DNA of 64,000 bases, from assembly GCA_947456825.1 (NCBI GenBank), contig CANGTM010000002.1, forward strand, positions 5,236-69,235, written 5' to 3'. Within the stretch, counting starts at the first letter, position 1. The number at the start of each line of letters is the position of its first letter. Shown here piece after piece: positions 1-9,995 of the stretch. The stretch is from Chitinophagaceae bacterium (GTDB lineage Bacteria > Bacteroidota > Bacteroidia > Chitinophagales > Chitinophagaceae). The translations under genes and the position numbers were made by a program. Under the pieces are notes generated by a model. That model ran no database searches and was not told the DNA's origin. It saw only the letters and a program-made list of their open reading frames with translations.

Positions 1-405
1 TACGGTCAGACACAAAAATGGAAAAGAAAGATGGGGGTATTCGATCAGATTGGCTAACACATGAGCTTGCATATGATGTACGGCGATCAGCGGTTTGCCC
101 AGCGATAAGGCCAGGGACTTGGCGAATTGACCGCCCACCAATAGCGATCCGATTAGACCCGGACTCTGCGTATAGGCAATGGCATCTACTGCATTGAGCG
201 AAACCCCTGATCGTTGAAGCGCCAGCTCTACCACGGGGACTATGTGCTCCAGGTGTGCTCGGGAGGCTAGTTCCGGAACGACGCCTCCAAAATTGGCGTG
301 GGCCGCTTGTGTAGCTATTTCGTTCGATAGGATTTTTCCATCGATACAAACGGCTGCGGCCGTTTCGTCACAAGAGGATTCTATAGCGAGGATACATACG
401 GACAC
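1..405 (-). CDS. tsaD: tRNA N6-threonylcarbamoyltransferase TsaD, N-terminal part (runs off the window start; absent from the ORF track)
   Basis: Manual minus-strand translation from GTG at 405: MSVCILAIESSCDETAAAV...HANFGGVVPELASRAH...PGLIGSLLVG...KPLIAVHHMQAH. These are the TsaD ESSCDET, GGVVPELASR and HHxxAH motifs. Confidence 0.97.
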   Translation of the reverse strand, partial: MSVCILAIESSCDETAAAVCIDGKILSNEIATQAAHANFGGVVPELASRAHLEHIVPVVELALQRSGVSLNAVDAIAYTQSPGLIGSLLVGGQFAKSLALSLGKPLIAVHHMQAHVLANLIEYPHLSFPFLCLTV

Positions 406-439
406 AGTTACAAAAATAGCGAAGTTCCGGAGTCCCTTT

Positions 440-1699
440 CTATTTACTACGAATGGCCACTACGGGGTCCATTCGAGCGGCTTGTCGGGCAGGTATAAAC
501 CCGGCAATGATACCCACTACAATGCAAATTCCGATGGCCAGTAGCATGTTGCTGGTAGAGATAAAAACCGGAAAGTTCAGTGCGCTGGTCAAGATCTGCG
601 TTAGCAAAAAGACGAGACTAAGCCCGATCAATCCCCCAATGATGCAGAGAAAGGAGGACTCCAATAGAAATTCGGTAAGAATGATACTGCTTTTGGCCCC
701 GATGGCTTTTTTGAGACCGATCTGACTGGTGCGCTCGCGAACCGAAACAAACATAATATTGGCCACCCCGAACATTCCCACGATAAGAGAGAGCATAGCA
801 ATGGCCCAGCCTCCGATGTTGACATTCACGAACAGATCACTGACTACCTTACTAAAGTCGTTGATGTCGTTTAGTGCGAAATTATCTTCTTGGGTAGGCG
901 TGAGTTTTCTGACGGCTCGCATGCTGCCTGTTAATTCCTCTTTTAGTTTGGAAGAAGCTACTCCTTCTTTGCCCTGTACCATTATGAGAGGGTCTGCCTT
1001 GAGTTCGTTCATTAACATTTTTCCAAAGCGGTAAGGGATAAAGACACTTTTATCGAATTCCCAACCTCCACCGGATAAAAATCCCTTGCCTTGTTTTTTG
1101 ATGATGCCAATGACAAGCAATTGTTTACCTCGTACCTCAATTACTTTATCGAGCCCTAATTCGGCTTGGCCGAATAATTGCTCGGCTATTTCGCTGCCAA
1201 TGATGCCTACATGCGCCCCGTCTTCGTATTCTCTGTCAGAGATGGCCCGCCCAAAGGCGATCTCGGTGGGCTGTATGTACTGAAAGTCTTCGTTGACGCT
1301 GTGCGTAGTCACGCCGCTGAGTTGACGTCCGGCAAACTCTACCGGATCGTTGATGCTATTGTGAAAGGCTACGTAGCGGGCCATGGGAGTTCGTTCTCTG
1401 ATCTCCTGCACTTCTTGGTAACGGGGAGAGGGACGATTGACGAATTTCCACCAAGGATAATCGGAGCCGCCCCCGCTGTATTCCCATTTGTCGATGTAGA
1501 TAGTATTATTGCCGAGCGATTTGATCTCGTTTTGTATGTTTTGCTCTAAGCTATTGACCGTGGCGAGGACTCCGATGATACAAAAAATGCCGATCGTAAT
1601 TCCGAAGAGAGACAAGAAGGTACGCAGCTTATTTTTCCATAGCTCCTGAATGGCCATTTTAAAGCTGCTGACAACTATTTCTATCGTGCCCTTGATCAT
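440..1699 (-). CDS. MacB/FtsX-family ABC transporter permease (no ATPase gene adjacent)
   Basis: N-terminal KLRTFLSLFGITIGI TM segment, large periplasmic domain, C-terminal GVANIMFVSVRERTSQIGLKKAIGA and PARQAARMDPVVAIR signatures. Confidence 0.92.
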   Translation of the reverse strand: MIKGTIEIVVSSFKMAIQELWKNKLRTFLSLFGITIGIFCIIGVLATVNSLEQNIQNEIKSLGNNTIYIDKWEYSGGGSDYPWWKFVNRPSPRYQEVQEIRERTPMARYVAFHNSINDPVEFAGRQLSGVTTHSVNEDFQYIQPTEIAFGRAISDREYEDGAHVGIIGSEIAEQLFGQAELGLDKVIEVRGKQLLVIGIIKKQGKGFLSGGGWEFDKSVFIPYRFGKMLMNELKADPLIMVQGKEGVASSKLKEELTGSMRAVRKLTPTQEDNFALNDINDFSKVVSDLFVNVNIGGWAIAMLSLIVGMFGVANIMFVSVRERTSQIGLKKAIGAKSSIILTEFLLESSFLCIIGGLIGLSLVFLLTQILTSALNFPVFISTSNMLLAIGICIVVGIIAGFIPARQAARMDPVVAIRSK

Positions 1700-1797
1700 A
1701 GTGCAAATGTACTGTCAATCGGGGGCTCGTGCACTAATTTTTGACAGACGGCCTGGTAGGGCTGCGACCGGCCAAGCCACAAGTGCTGCCGCCCCCT

Positions 1798-1805
1798 TAC
1801 CTTTG
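1798..1805 (+). promoter_or_regulatory. Bacteroidota housekeeping -7 promoter box (TACCTTTG) for prfC
   Basis: Exact TAnnTTTG match 10 nt upstream of ATG 1816. Confidence 0.7.
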
Positions 1806-1815
1806 CGGCGCTTCT

Positions 1816-3399
1816 ATGAAATATCAGCCAGAAATCGCCAAGCGACGCAGTTTTGCTATCATCTCTCACCCTGATGCCGGAAAGACCACACTGACCGAGA
1901 AGTTCCTGCTTTTTGGGGGTGCCATACAGGTGGCCGGAGCTGTCAAGAGCAATAAAATAAAAAAACATGCTACCAGCGACTTTATGGAGATCGAACGGCA
2001 GCGGGGTATTTCGGTGGCAACCTCGGTGATGAGTTTTGAATACAAAGACACCCTTATCAACTTGCTGGATACCCCCGGGCACAAGGATTTTGCAGAAGAT
2101 ACCTATCGTACGCTCACTGCGGTGGACAGTGTTATATTGGTAGTTGACAGCGTAAATGGAGTAGAGGAGCAAACTCGCCGTCTTATGGAGGTCTGTCGCA
2201 TGCGGGATACGCCTGTGATCGTTTTTATAAACAAGATGGACCGAGATGGAAAAAATCGGTTCGATCTTTTAGAGGAGATCGAAAAGGAATTGACAATCCG
2301 GCTACATCCCATGACCTGGCCCATCAATAGCGGAAAGGACTTTAAGGGCGTATACAATATGGCCGATCAAAGCTTGTTGCTTTTTAGGGCCGGTACTCGT
2401 GCCGATGAGGATACCCTGCAGATCGCGTCGCTGGCCGATCCAGTGCTAGAACAAAAGCTGGGAGAAAAGGATGCACAGCAATTACGCGAAGACGCCGAAT
2501 TGGTAGAGGGTGTATACGGAGCGCTTGCCGTGGAGGAATACCTGCAGGCCAAGGTGGCACCTGTTTTCTTTGGAAGTGCCATCAATAATTTTGGAGTAAA
2601 GGAAATGCTCGATACGTTCATTCGTATAGCCCCCACACCGCGTAGTCGGATGTCTACGGCCCGTGCCGTGGATGTGCAGGAGGATAAGATGAGCGGTTTT
2701 GTATTTAAAATTCATGCCAACCTGGACCCTAAACACCGGGACCGCATCGCATTTTTTAGAATTTGCGCAGGAAAGTTCGAACGTAACAAGTACTATCATC
2801 ACGTTCGCCTCGATAAGGATGTGCGTTTTAGCAACCCTTATTCTTTTATGGCCAGAGAAAAAAGCATCATAGAAGATGCGTATGCTGGCGATGTGGTAGG
2901 GCTTTTCGACACCGGTAACTTTAAGATAGGAGATACCCTCACCGAGGGAGAGGATTTTTATTTTACCGGAATCCCATCCTTTTCTCCGGAGATATTCAAA
3001 GAGGTGGTCAATAAGGATCCGCTCAAGACCAAGCAACTCGAAAAAGGGTTGCTGCAATTAACAGATGAGGGCGTGGCTCAGCTTTTTACGCAGTTCGGAG
3101 GCAATAAGAAGATCATTGGTTGCGTGGGTGAGCTGCAATTCGAGGTTATCCAGTATCGCCTGTTGCATGAATACGGAGCGTCTGTGGTATTCAATACGAT
3201 GCCTTTTTATAAGGCCTGTTGGCTTACGGCTGCCGATCCGGCAAAGCTTATCGATTTTCTTCGCTTTAAACAAGCCAATGCGGCCGAGGATAAAGACGGT
3301 CATCCCATTTATCTGGCCCAAAGTGAATGGTTCCTAAATACGGAGATCTCCAATAATCCGGACATCCAGTTTCACTTTACCAGTGAGATTCACAAGTAG
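1816..3399 (+). CDS. prfC: Peptide chain release factor 3
   Basis: [41 protein letters not shown] and NKMD GTPase motifs. Start moved from the ORF-track 1741 to ATG 1816, downstream of the promoter box. Confidence 0.98.
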   Translation: MKYQPEIAKRRSFAIISHPDAGKTTLTEKFLLFGGAIQVAGAVKSNKIKKHATSDFMEIERQRGISVATSVMSFEYKDTLINLLDTPGHKDFAEDTYRTLTAVDSVILVVDSVNGVEEQTRRLMEVCRMRDTPVIVFINKMDRDGKNRFDLLEEIEKELTIRLHPMTWPINSGKDFKGVYNMADQSLLLFRAGTRADEDTLQIASLADPVLEQKLGEKDAQQLREDAELVEGVYGALAVEEYLQAKVAPVFFGSAINNFGVKEMLDTFIRIAPTPRSRMSTARAVDVQEDKMSGFVFKIHANLDPKHRDRIAFFRICAGKFERNKYYHHVRLDKDVRFSNPYSFMAREKSIIEDAYAGDVVGLFDTGNFKIGDTLTEGEDFYFTGIPSFSPEIFKEVVNKDPLKTKQLEKGLLQLTDEGVAQLFTQFGGNKKIIGCVGELQFEVIQYRLLHEYGASVVFNTMPFYKACWLTAADPAKLIDFLRFKQANAAEDKDGHPIYLAQSEWFLNTEISNNPDIQFHFTSEIHK

Positions 3400-3480
3400 G
3401 CAATAAAAAATCAATAGCTCAGTGCTGATGGGCATCGCTTGTTACTACCGCTCAGTTTCACTCAACGCTAGTAGCCAGTT

Positions 3481-4824
3481 TTAAAGGGGGGCTTGCATGC
3501 CCGTATAATTATGCGGGGTGATACGTTTGAGTTCCTTTTTTACAGCGGCCTTTACGGCTAGTCCGTCAATGAACTTGTGCAACACTTGTTTGGTAATGCG
3601 CTGTTGACCACGGGTAAGATCTTTGAGTGCCTCATAAGGCTCAGGATAGTTTTCGCGCCGCAATATCGTTTGGATGGCCTCTGCCACCACGGCCCAATTT
3701 TGATCAAGGTCCTCATAGATCTTAGCATCATTGAGTACCAGTTTTGCTATTCCTTTCTCTAGCGAACGAAGGGCCACCAATGTATGAGCAACCGGAACGC
3801 CGATATTACGCAGTACGGTCGAGTCGGTCAGGTCGCGTTGTAATCGGGATATCGGCAATTTACCAGCCATATGTTCAAAGAGGGCATTGGCGATGCCCAA
3901 ATTCCCTTCTGCATTTTCGAAGTCGATAGGGTTGACTTTGTGGGGCATGGCCGAGGAGCCCACTTCTCCCTTTTTGGTCTTTTGTAAGAAGTATTCAAGT
4001 GAGATATACGTCCACAAATCTCTTGAAAAATCGATCAGGATGGTATTGATCCTGCGCATCGCATCGAATTGCGCCGCCAGTTGGTCGTAGTGTTCGATCT
4101 GGGTGGTGTGTTGTTGACGGGTCAGTCCAAGCGAGGACAGCATTTCATTTCCAAAACGGATCCAATTTATCTGGGGAAAGGCCACATGATGCGCATTGAA
4201 ATTACCGGTCGCGCCTCCGAATTTTGCCGTAAAGGGTACGCCAATAAATTGCTCAATTTGATCCTGAATACGCTCCACAAAAACCATGATCTCCTTACCC
4301 AGTTTAGTAGGGCTGGCCGGTTGACCATGTGTACGGGCCAGCATGGGAATATCTTGGTAACGCTGGGCCAGAATCCGTAGCTCCGTATTCAAATTCAGCA
4401 GGGCCGGAAGATATTCGTTCTCCATGGCATGTTTCCAGGCAAGCGGTACTGCTGTGTTGTTGATGTCTTGCGAGGTAAGTCCGAAATGAACCCATTCTCT
4501 GATGGAAGTAGCTCCGCAACTATCGAGCTCTTTTTTCAAAAAGTATTCAACGGCCTTAACATCGTGATTGGTGGTCTTCTCGATGGCTTTTATGGCCATG
4601 GCTTGTTCTATGGAGAATGTCTCGCAGAGTGATCTTAGGTGTTTGGTGGCTGCTGCTCCCAATTTGATGATCTTCTTTTTTTCGAGCCAAAATAAGTAAT
4701 GAACCTCTATCAGAATTCTGTATTTGATGAGACCGAACTCAGAAAAATACTCCTCTAGTGACTGTACCTGGCTTCGGTATCGTCCATCAATGGCGGCTAT
4801 GGCGGTGAGTGTGCTGCGTTCCAT
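3481..4824 (-). CDS. purB: Adenylosuccinate lyase
   Basis: LTAIAAIDGRY, TNHDVKAVEY, HFGLTSQD, ARTHGQPA and the GSSAMPHKVNPIDFEN lyase signature. Confidence 0.98.
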   Translation of the reverse strand: MERSTLTAIAAIDGRYRSQVQSLEEYFSEFGLIKYRILIEVHYLFWLEKKKIIKLGAAATKHLRSLCETFSIEQAMAIKAIEKTTNHDVKAVEYFLKKELDSCGATSIREWVHFGLTSQDINNTAVPLAWKHAMENEYLPALLNLNTELRILAQRYQDIPMLARTHGQPASPTKLGKEIMVFVERIQDQIEQFIGVPFTAKFGGATGNFNAHHVAFPQINWIRFGNEMLSSLGLTRQQHTTQIEHYDQLAAQFDAMRRINTILIDFSRDLWTYISLEYFLQKTKKGEVGSSAMPHKVNPIDFENAEGNLGIANALFEHMAGKLPISRLQRDLTDSTVLRNIGVPVAHTLVALRSLEKGIAKLVLNDAKIYEDLDQNWAVVAEAIQTILRRENYPEPYEALKDLTRGQQRITKQVLHKFIDGLAVKAAVKKELKRITPHNYTGMQAPL

Positions 4825-4856
4825 GAATTCTATTGGTTTATGGACGGCTGATCCAG

Positions 4857-4864
4857 TACCTTTG
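4857..4864 (+). promoter_or_regulatory. Housekeeping -7 box (TACCTTTG) for mqnA and the downstream glycan genes
   Basis: Exact TAnnTTTG match. It overlaps the ORF-track GTG start, which argues for TTG 4885 as the true start. Confidence 0.65.
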
Positions 4865-4884
4865 TGCCCACAAATTTAGTTAAT

Positions 4885-5625
4885 TTGAAGAAGATAAGGG
4901 TTGGAATCGTCAACTACCTAAACACAAGACCCTTGCTGTATGGGCTAGAGAGAACGTCCATTCGCGATCAGATCAGCTTAACGCTGGATTATCCCGCCAA
5001 TATTGCCGCGCAACTAAAGAGTGGGGCCATCGATCTGGGTCTAGTTCCCGTGGCCTTAAAAAAGGAAATGCCCGAGCTACAGCGGGTTGGGTCACATTGC
5101 ATTGCTACCGAAGGCGAGATCGCTTCGGTCTGTCTATTTAGCCAGGTGCCACTAGAATCCATCCGGTCTATCTTGCTCGATTATCAAAGTCGCAGCTCGG
5201 TAGCCTTGCTTCGAGTCTTACTGAATCATTATTTTAAGTTGTCTGTCTCTTTCGAGACAACGGCGGGGGATGAGTATATCGGGCAGATTAGGGATCATCG
5301 CGCCGGATTGATCATTGGCGACAGAGCGCTGCAGTGCCGAAATGATTTTGCCTATTGTTATGACCTGGGCATTGCCTGGAAACAGTTTACCGGACTCCCA
5401 TTCGTATTTGCGGCCTGGTTCTCGCGGATCAGCTTGTCTGCTGAATTTCTGGAAGCTTTCCATGTGGCCAATCAATTGGGGTTGGATCATTTGCAAGACG
5501 TGCTTGGCGGTATCAGCACCAATGTCAATTACGATCTGCATCATTATTACACCCATAACGTGCAGTATCGCTGGTTACCGGGTATGCAGGAGGCGCTCGA
5601 TCGATTTTTGAGTCTGTCCGAATAG
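4885..5625 (+). CDS. mqnA: Chorismate dehydratase MqnA (futalosine menaquinone pathway)
   Basis: KIRVGIVNYLNTRPLLYGL, DLGLVPV, SVCLFS, SRSSVALLRVLL, LIIGDRAL and DLGIAWKQFTGLPFVFAAW are typical of MqnA. Confidence 0.88.
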   Translation: MKKIRVGIVNYLNTRPLLYGLERTSIRDQISLTLDYPANIAAQLKSGAIDLGLVPVALKKEMPELQRVGSHCIATEGEIASVCLFSQVPLESIRSILLDYQSRSSVALLRVLLNHYFKLSVSFETTAGDEYIGQIRDHRAGLIIGDRALQCRNDFAYCYDLGIAWKQFTGLPFVFAAWFSRISLSAEFLEAFHVANQLGLDHLQDVLGGISTNVNYDLHHYYTHNVQYRWLPGMQEALDRFLSLSE

Positions 5626-5659
5626 GCCGATGCCTTACCTTTATGTATCAATTCTTATC

Positions 5660-6355
5660 TTGGAGACCTTAGCAACCAATCAGCGAATTACTGCGGCCGC
5701 CGTCACTTGGCGTAGTCGTGATTTCTTGCATTATGCTCCCTTTTTTAAGTCGCTTCGACGAGCCATAGCGCAGCATGGAAGGGGTGATGTGCTGGATATT
5801 GGCTGTGGTAACAAGCCCTATGCTGCACTTTTCTCTTCGGAGGTAACTAGTTACATAGGAGTGGATATAGAACAATCTCATTTGCAAAAGGTCGATATCA
5901 TTTGTCCTGCTACGGCCATTCCTCTACCTGACAGCAGCTTCGATACAATACTTTGCACCCAGACCATAGAGCATGTGTACGACCATCGTCAATTATTAGC
6001 CGAAGCCTTTCGGCTGGTAAGACCCGGCGGGCATCTGATCTTATCTGGCCCTTTCTATTGGCCATTGCATGAGGAGCCATATGATTTTTTTCGGTTTACC
6101 CGCTATGGGTTTGAACAGCTGCTTCGCTCAACTGGATTTTCTGTTCAGTCAATAGAAGAGAACGGAGGGTCTTGGGCGTTGGCCGGACAAGCCTTGATAC
6201 ACTCCCTTTGTGGCAGCAAGCTTTGGGCCGTACGATTTTTATTCGATTCCCTTCGGCTTTATATATTGTTTAACTTGATATTTGGAGCGTTAGAGGCGAT
6301 CGATCACAATCCGATCAGTACCACCAATTACGTTGTGGTGGCCAAAAAAATATGA
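5660..6355 (+). CDS. Class I SAM-dependent methyltransferase (type often found in glycan clusters)
   Basis: VLDIGCGNKPY SAM motif, FDTILCTQTIEH and HEEPYDFFRFTRYG. Start uncertain (TTG 5660 or ATG 5630). Confidence 0.85.
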   Translation: METLATNQRITAAAVTWRSRDFLHYAPFFKSLRRAIAQHGRGDVLDIGCGNKPYAALFSSEVTSYIGVDIEQSHLQKVDIICPATAIPLPDSSFDTILCTQTIEHVYDHRQLLAEAFRLVRPGGHLILSGPFYWPLHEEPYDFFRFTRYGFEQLLRSTGFSVQSIEENGGSWALAGQALIHSLCGSKLWAVRFLFDSLRLYILFNLIFGALEAIDHNPISTTNYVVVAKKI

Positions 6356-7173
6356 TACTGTCATTATATCGCACCCTACGATCCGTCTACCGGATTTTTA
6401 TCAGTTATCCGCTGCGTACTTTTTGGTCGTTGCGTTCCCTTCAACAGAAAGGGCTGATCAGTTCCGTTCACCACAATGAAGACGCCGTAGTTTTTGATTA
6501 CGGCAGTTTCCGTCAGGTGCGTGCCAGGCGTTTTCCTCACAGTGACTTAGAGGTGCTGCAGCAAATTATCCTTGATCAGGAGTATGGTTTTGCTATTGAG
6601 TGGGTACGAACAGCAGGATTAGAAGGTCGTGCGCTTCGTATTGTAGATGCGGGGGCTAATGTCGGTTACACCTCATTGTATTTTTTGTCCGCTTTTCCCA
6701 ACGCCACGTTGATAGCCATAGAGCCTGATCCGGATAATTACAAGATGCTCGAGTACAACCTACGCTGTGCTCCTCCGACCTCCGCTGCTCAGGCCATTCA
6801 AGCCGCCTTGCTTTCGCAGTCCGGAATCTCGGTAATGATAGATCGGCAGGGGGGTGACAAAAAGGATTGGTCTTTTTCCGTGAGACCTGCTGCTGAATCG
6901 ACCGGTGTCAATAGCATAACGGTGGCCGGGATACTTGATCGTGCCGGTTGGGACCATTTAGATATTTTAAAGATCGATATAGAAGGCAGCGAAGCCGACC
7001 TATTCTCCGAACAGGCGGACCTGTCTTACCTCCAGCGCACCCGATTGGTCTTGGTCGAGATCCACGATGACAAGGCCGACAGACAGCTCATTCACCGATT
7101 ACTTTCGCGGTACGGGTTTTCGGTAGAGGAGCGTTCAGAGACTACCTTTGCCATCAATAAAGCCTTTGCCTGA
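6352..7173 (+). CDS. FkbM-family methyltransferase
   Basis: IVDAGANVGY, IAIEPDPDNY and DILKIDIEGSE motifs. ATGA overlap with the upstream gene. Confidence 0.9.
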   Translation: MILSLYRTLRSVYRIFISYPLRTFWSLRSLQQKGLISSVHHNEDAVVFDYGSFRQVRARRFPHSDLEVLQQIILDQEYGFAIEWVRTAGLEGRALRIVDAGANVGYTSLYFLSAFPNATLIAIEPDPDNYKMLEYNLRCAPPTSAAQAIQAALLSQSGISVMIDRQGGDKKDWSFSVRPAAESTGVNSITVAGILDRAGWDHLDILKIDIEGSEADLFSEQADLSYLQRTRLVLVEIHDDKADRQLIHRLLSRYGFSVEERSETTFAINKAFA

Positions 7174-7179
7174 TAAGCC

Positions 7180-7989
7180 ATGTCTGTTCAACTTTCTATC
7201 ATAACGGCTTGCTATAACCATGGCATCTATCTCGACGAAATGCTCGAGAGTGTTCGCTATTCACTGAATGGAGTAGCTTATGAGCACATTATCGTAGATG
7301 ACGGGTCTACCGATCCTTTTACGAAAGAGAAGTTGGCGCAGCTGTCGCAGCAAGGCATTATTATTTTGCATCAATCCAATCAAGGGTTGGGAGCTGCCAG
7401 AAACACCGGTATACGAAAGGCGCAGGGTGACCTTATTTTGCCCCTCGATTGTGATAACAAATTATGCTCTGGATTTGTGCAGCAAGCCTTGCCGATTTTT
7501 TCGCAAGAGCCGCGGGTAGGGGTCGTATATGGCGATGCGCTGCTTTTTGGCGAGAAGAAAGGCTATTCCAAAGTGGGGGCTTTCAATTTGCAACGGCTGA
7601 TGCTCTCAAATTATATCGATGCCTGTGCACTGTTTCGCAGATCTTGTTGGGAGAGGATCGGTGGATTCGACGAAAGCCGCTCTATCATGATGTGGTCCGA
7701 TTGGGACTTTTGGCTGCGGGTAGCCTTCTCCGGAACTCGTTTTTACTACATCTCCATGGCAGCTTTTGAATATCGGGTGTTGTCTCATTCGATGGTACAC
7801 AGTGCCGATAGAAAAAAATACCTGGAGGCCGCTGCCTTTTTTTATAAGAAACATGAGCAATATCTTGGTGATGTATATCTTTTCACAACACTTAAGATGC
7901 TCAAGGTATTCCTGGCGAAATTCTTGCCCCGTCTCTATCAGCTTTTAATTCGTATTGGTATCATCAAGAATCCTTTTAGCCTCTGGTAA
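7180..7989 (+). CDS. Glycosyltransferase family 2
   Basis: SIITACYNHG, IIVDDGSTD, NQGLGAARNTG, LPLDCD and DWDFWLR. Confidence 0.92.
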   Translation: MSVQLSIITACYNHGIYLDEMLESVRYSLNGVAYEHIIVDDGSTDPFTKEKLAQLSQQGIIILHQSNQGLGAARNTGIRKAQGDLILPLDCDNKLCSGFVQQALPIFSQEPRVGVVYGDALLFGEKKGYSKVGAFNLQRLMLSNYIDACALFRRSCWERIGGFDESRSIMMWSDWDFWLRVAFSGTRFYYISMAAFEYRVLSHSMVHSADRKKYLEAAAFFYKKHEQYLGDVYLFTTLKMLKVFLAKFLPRLYQLLIRIGIIKNPFSLW

Positions 7990-8870
7990 TGGTATCGGTC
8001 ATCATCATAAACTATAATACCTTTTCTCTTACGTCTGCTTGCATACGTTCGGTATATGCACATACCAAATCGGTATCCTTTGAGGTGATCTTAGTAGACA
8101 ACGCCTCTGTTGAGTGCGATGCTGATGATTTTTTGCGGGAGTTCCCCCAGCTCAAGCTGATCAAGAGTCTCACCAATGCCGGTTTTGCGGCTGGCAATAA
8201 CCTGGGTATTGCGGCAGCATCCGGCCATTATTACCTGCTGCTTAATAGCGATACCTTACTGACCGAGGATAGTATTGGAAAGGCATATCATTTTCTCAGT
8301 GAGCGAGCCGACGTAGGAGTAGTAGGCTGTCGTCAAGTGTATCCCGACGGCAAGATCCAGTTCGTGGCCCGTAAGTTCAGAACTATTCGGTGGGAGCTGC
8401 TCGATCTGTTTCGTTTCGTCACCTATCTTATGCCTTACCAGAGGCGTTCTCGGTTACTGCTGGGAAAGTACTTCAAGAACGATACGACCTGTGAGGCCGA
8501 CTGGGTCAATGGCGCGTTCTTTATGATGCCGGCCGCAGTGATGCGCGCATTGCCTGGCCAACAACTTGATGACCGCTTCTTCATGTACGGAGAGGACGTA
8601 CTTTGGTGCGAGCAAATAAGACAGTTGGGGTATCGGATTTTCTTTTTTGCTGATACCACCATCATTCATATCGCCGGTGCCAGCACCGCTTTGAAAAGAC
8701 AATTGCAGTTGCGCAACGTAATGATCCGTCATGAATGCGCCATCATGGCTATGCGTAAGGGAAAGGGGCTTTACTATTTTCTGTTTTGCCTCCTATATGT
8801 AAGTAAGGAATACCTCCGTTATATGATTAAATGGGGGGTATATCAATTTTCCGGAAAATTAATCAAGTAA
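7989..8870 (+). CDS. Glycosyltransferase family 2 (WbbL/rhamnosyltransferase-like)
   Basis: VSVIIINYNT, ILVDNAS, NAGFAAGNNLG, LLLNSDT, DWVNGAF and FFMYGEDV. TAATG stop/start overlap with the upstream gene. Confidence 0.92.
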   Translation: MVSVIIINYNTFSLTSACIRSVYAHTKSVSFEVILVDNASVECDADDFLREFPQLKLIKSLTNAGFAAGNNLGIAAASGHYYLLLNSDTLLTEDSIGKAYHFLSERADVGVVGCRQVYPDGKIQFVARKFRTIRWELLDLFRFVTYLMPYQRRSRLLLGKYFKNDTTCEADWVNGAFFMMPAAVMRALPGQQLDDRFFMYGEDVLWCEQIRQLGYRIFFFADTTIIHIAGASTALKRQLQLRNVMIRHECAIMAMRKGKGLYYFLFCLLYVSKEYLRYMIKWGVYQFSGKLIK

Positions 8871-9992
8871 GCCGGCCAGTAGTCTTTCGATGATGGATGT
8901 CCAGTTGTGGTACTCATAGAACGCGGCTGGTGTTTGTAAAGGCTGATCTAGTAGACTGTCGGCCAGTGTATCCAGGGCACTGGCAAATTGGTCCCAATCA
9001 AGGTCTGGCGTGATGGTGAGCATGGGTCCTGCCAGCGCTGGCGAAAGCCCCGTTGCCGCTTTTTGCATCGCTACCACAGGTGTGCCAAAGGCGATGGATT
9101 CTATCATTTTGGTTTTGACACCGCCTCCTTCGAGAACAGGGTTCAAAAAAATATCGGCGCCTTTAAAATAGGGTTCAATGTCATCCACAAACCCTGCATG
9201 GTACACGCCTAGCGAGCGGTAGGCTACCAGTTCTTTATCTCTCTTAGGTAATCCTTTTCCGCAAATAAGAAGCGTGTAGCCTCTCTTACTCTTTTTCTGT
9301 AAACGGGGCATCACTTCTTTTAGTAAATGTTGCAGCGCCCTGTAGTTGGGAGCGTAGTCAAGGGATCCGTTGAAAAGGAGTAACGTCTTTTCGCCCGGCA
9401 GTCCGTGTTTATCGACTAGGGATGTACGGCAGTTCGCTTTATCTGTGGGAGTACTGTGCAGGGTAATTCCATAGGGGATATCGAGGCAGTTTCTGTCGTT
9501 GATAGTCCAGCTGTTGACGGCAAATTGCCTATCAGCTGCAGAAATGAATGCGATCTTATCGGCCAATTGGAATGTTTTTCGCTCATACTTCTCTAAAAGG
9601 GGCCACCATATCTTGCCAAGCGAGCGAAATCGTTGGTATTCGATATTATGTGTGTGGATGAGCGTATTGATGCCTGTTTTTTCTTTGATGATACGTGCCA
9701 GCCAGCCATAATAGGGATGTTCCCAAATGATCCAGTCGTAATGATTTCGTTCAATAAGATCGATGAGCGTTGCAGTAAGTGTTAGGTCTGCGTAACGAAA
9801 AAAAGAGTAGGGTAGCACCGGCAGCAGTCTGTAATGTGCCGAGGCTACATAGCCTGTGTCTTGCGCTGTGCTGACCACGGTAACCCTAGCTTGCTGACCC
9901 AAGGCATCCAGAAATTGTGCAATATATTTCTGCCCGCCCGATCGATAGGGTAAAAAATTGTAAGGTGCTACAACGAGAATTTTCTTATTCAC
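8859..9992 (-). CDS. Glycosyltransferase family 4
   Basis: GT-B features: HTHNIEY, LLFNGSLDYAPN, ADIFLNP..GGGVKTKMIESIAFGTPVV. GTG start. Confidence 0.9.
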   Translation of the reverse strand: MNKKILVVAPYNFLPYRSGGQKYIAQFLDALGQQARVTVVSTAQDTGYVASAHYRLLPVLPYSFFRYADLTLTATLIDLIERNHYDWIIWEHPYYGWLARIIKEKTGINTLIHTHNIEYQRFRSLGKIWWPLLEKYERKTFQLADKIAFISAADRQFAVNSWTINDRNCLDIPYGITLHSTPTDKANCRTSLVDKHGLPGEKTLLLFNGSLDYAPNYRALQHLLKEVMPRLQKKSKRGYTLLICGKGLPKRDKELVAYRSLGVYHAGFVDDIEPYFKGADIFLNPVLEGGGVKTKMIESIAFGTPVVAMQKAATGLSPALAGPMLTITPDLDWDQFASALDTLADSLLDQPLQTPAAFYEYHNWTSIIERLLAGLLD

Positions 9993-9995
9993 AGT

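Noticed and set aside
3400-3480. Structured RNA between prfC and purB
   Set aside because: Only short imperfect stems; no recognisable ncRNA or clean terminator.
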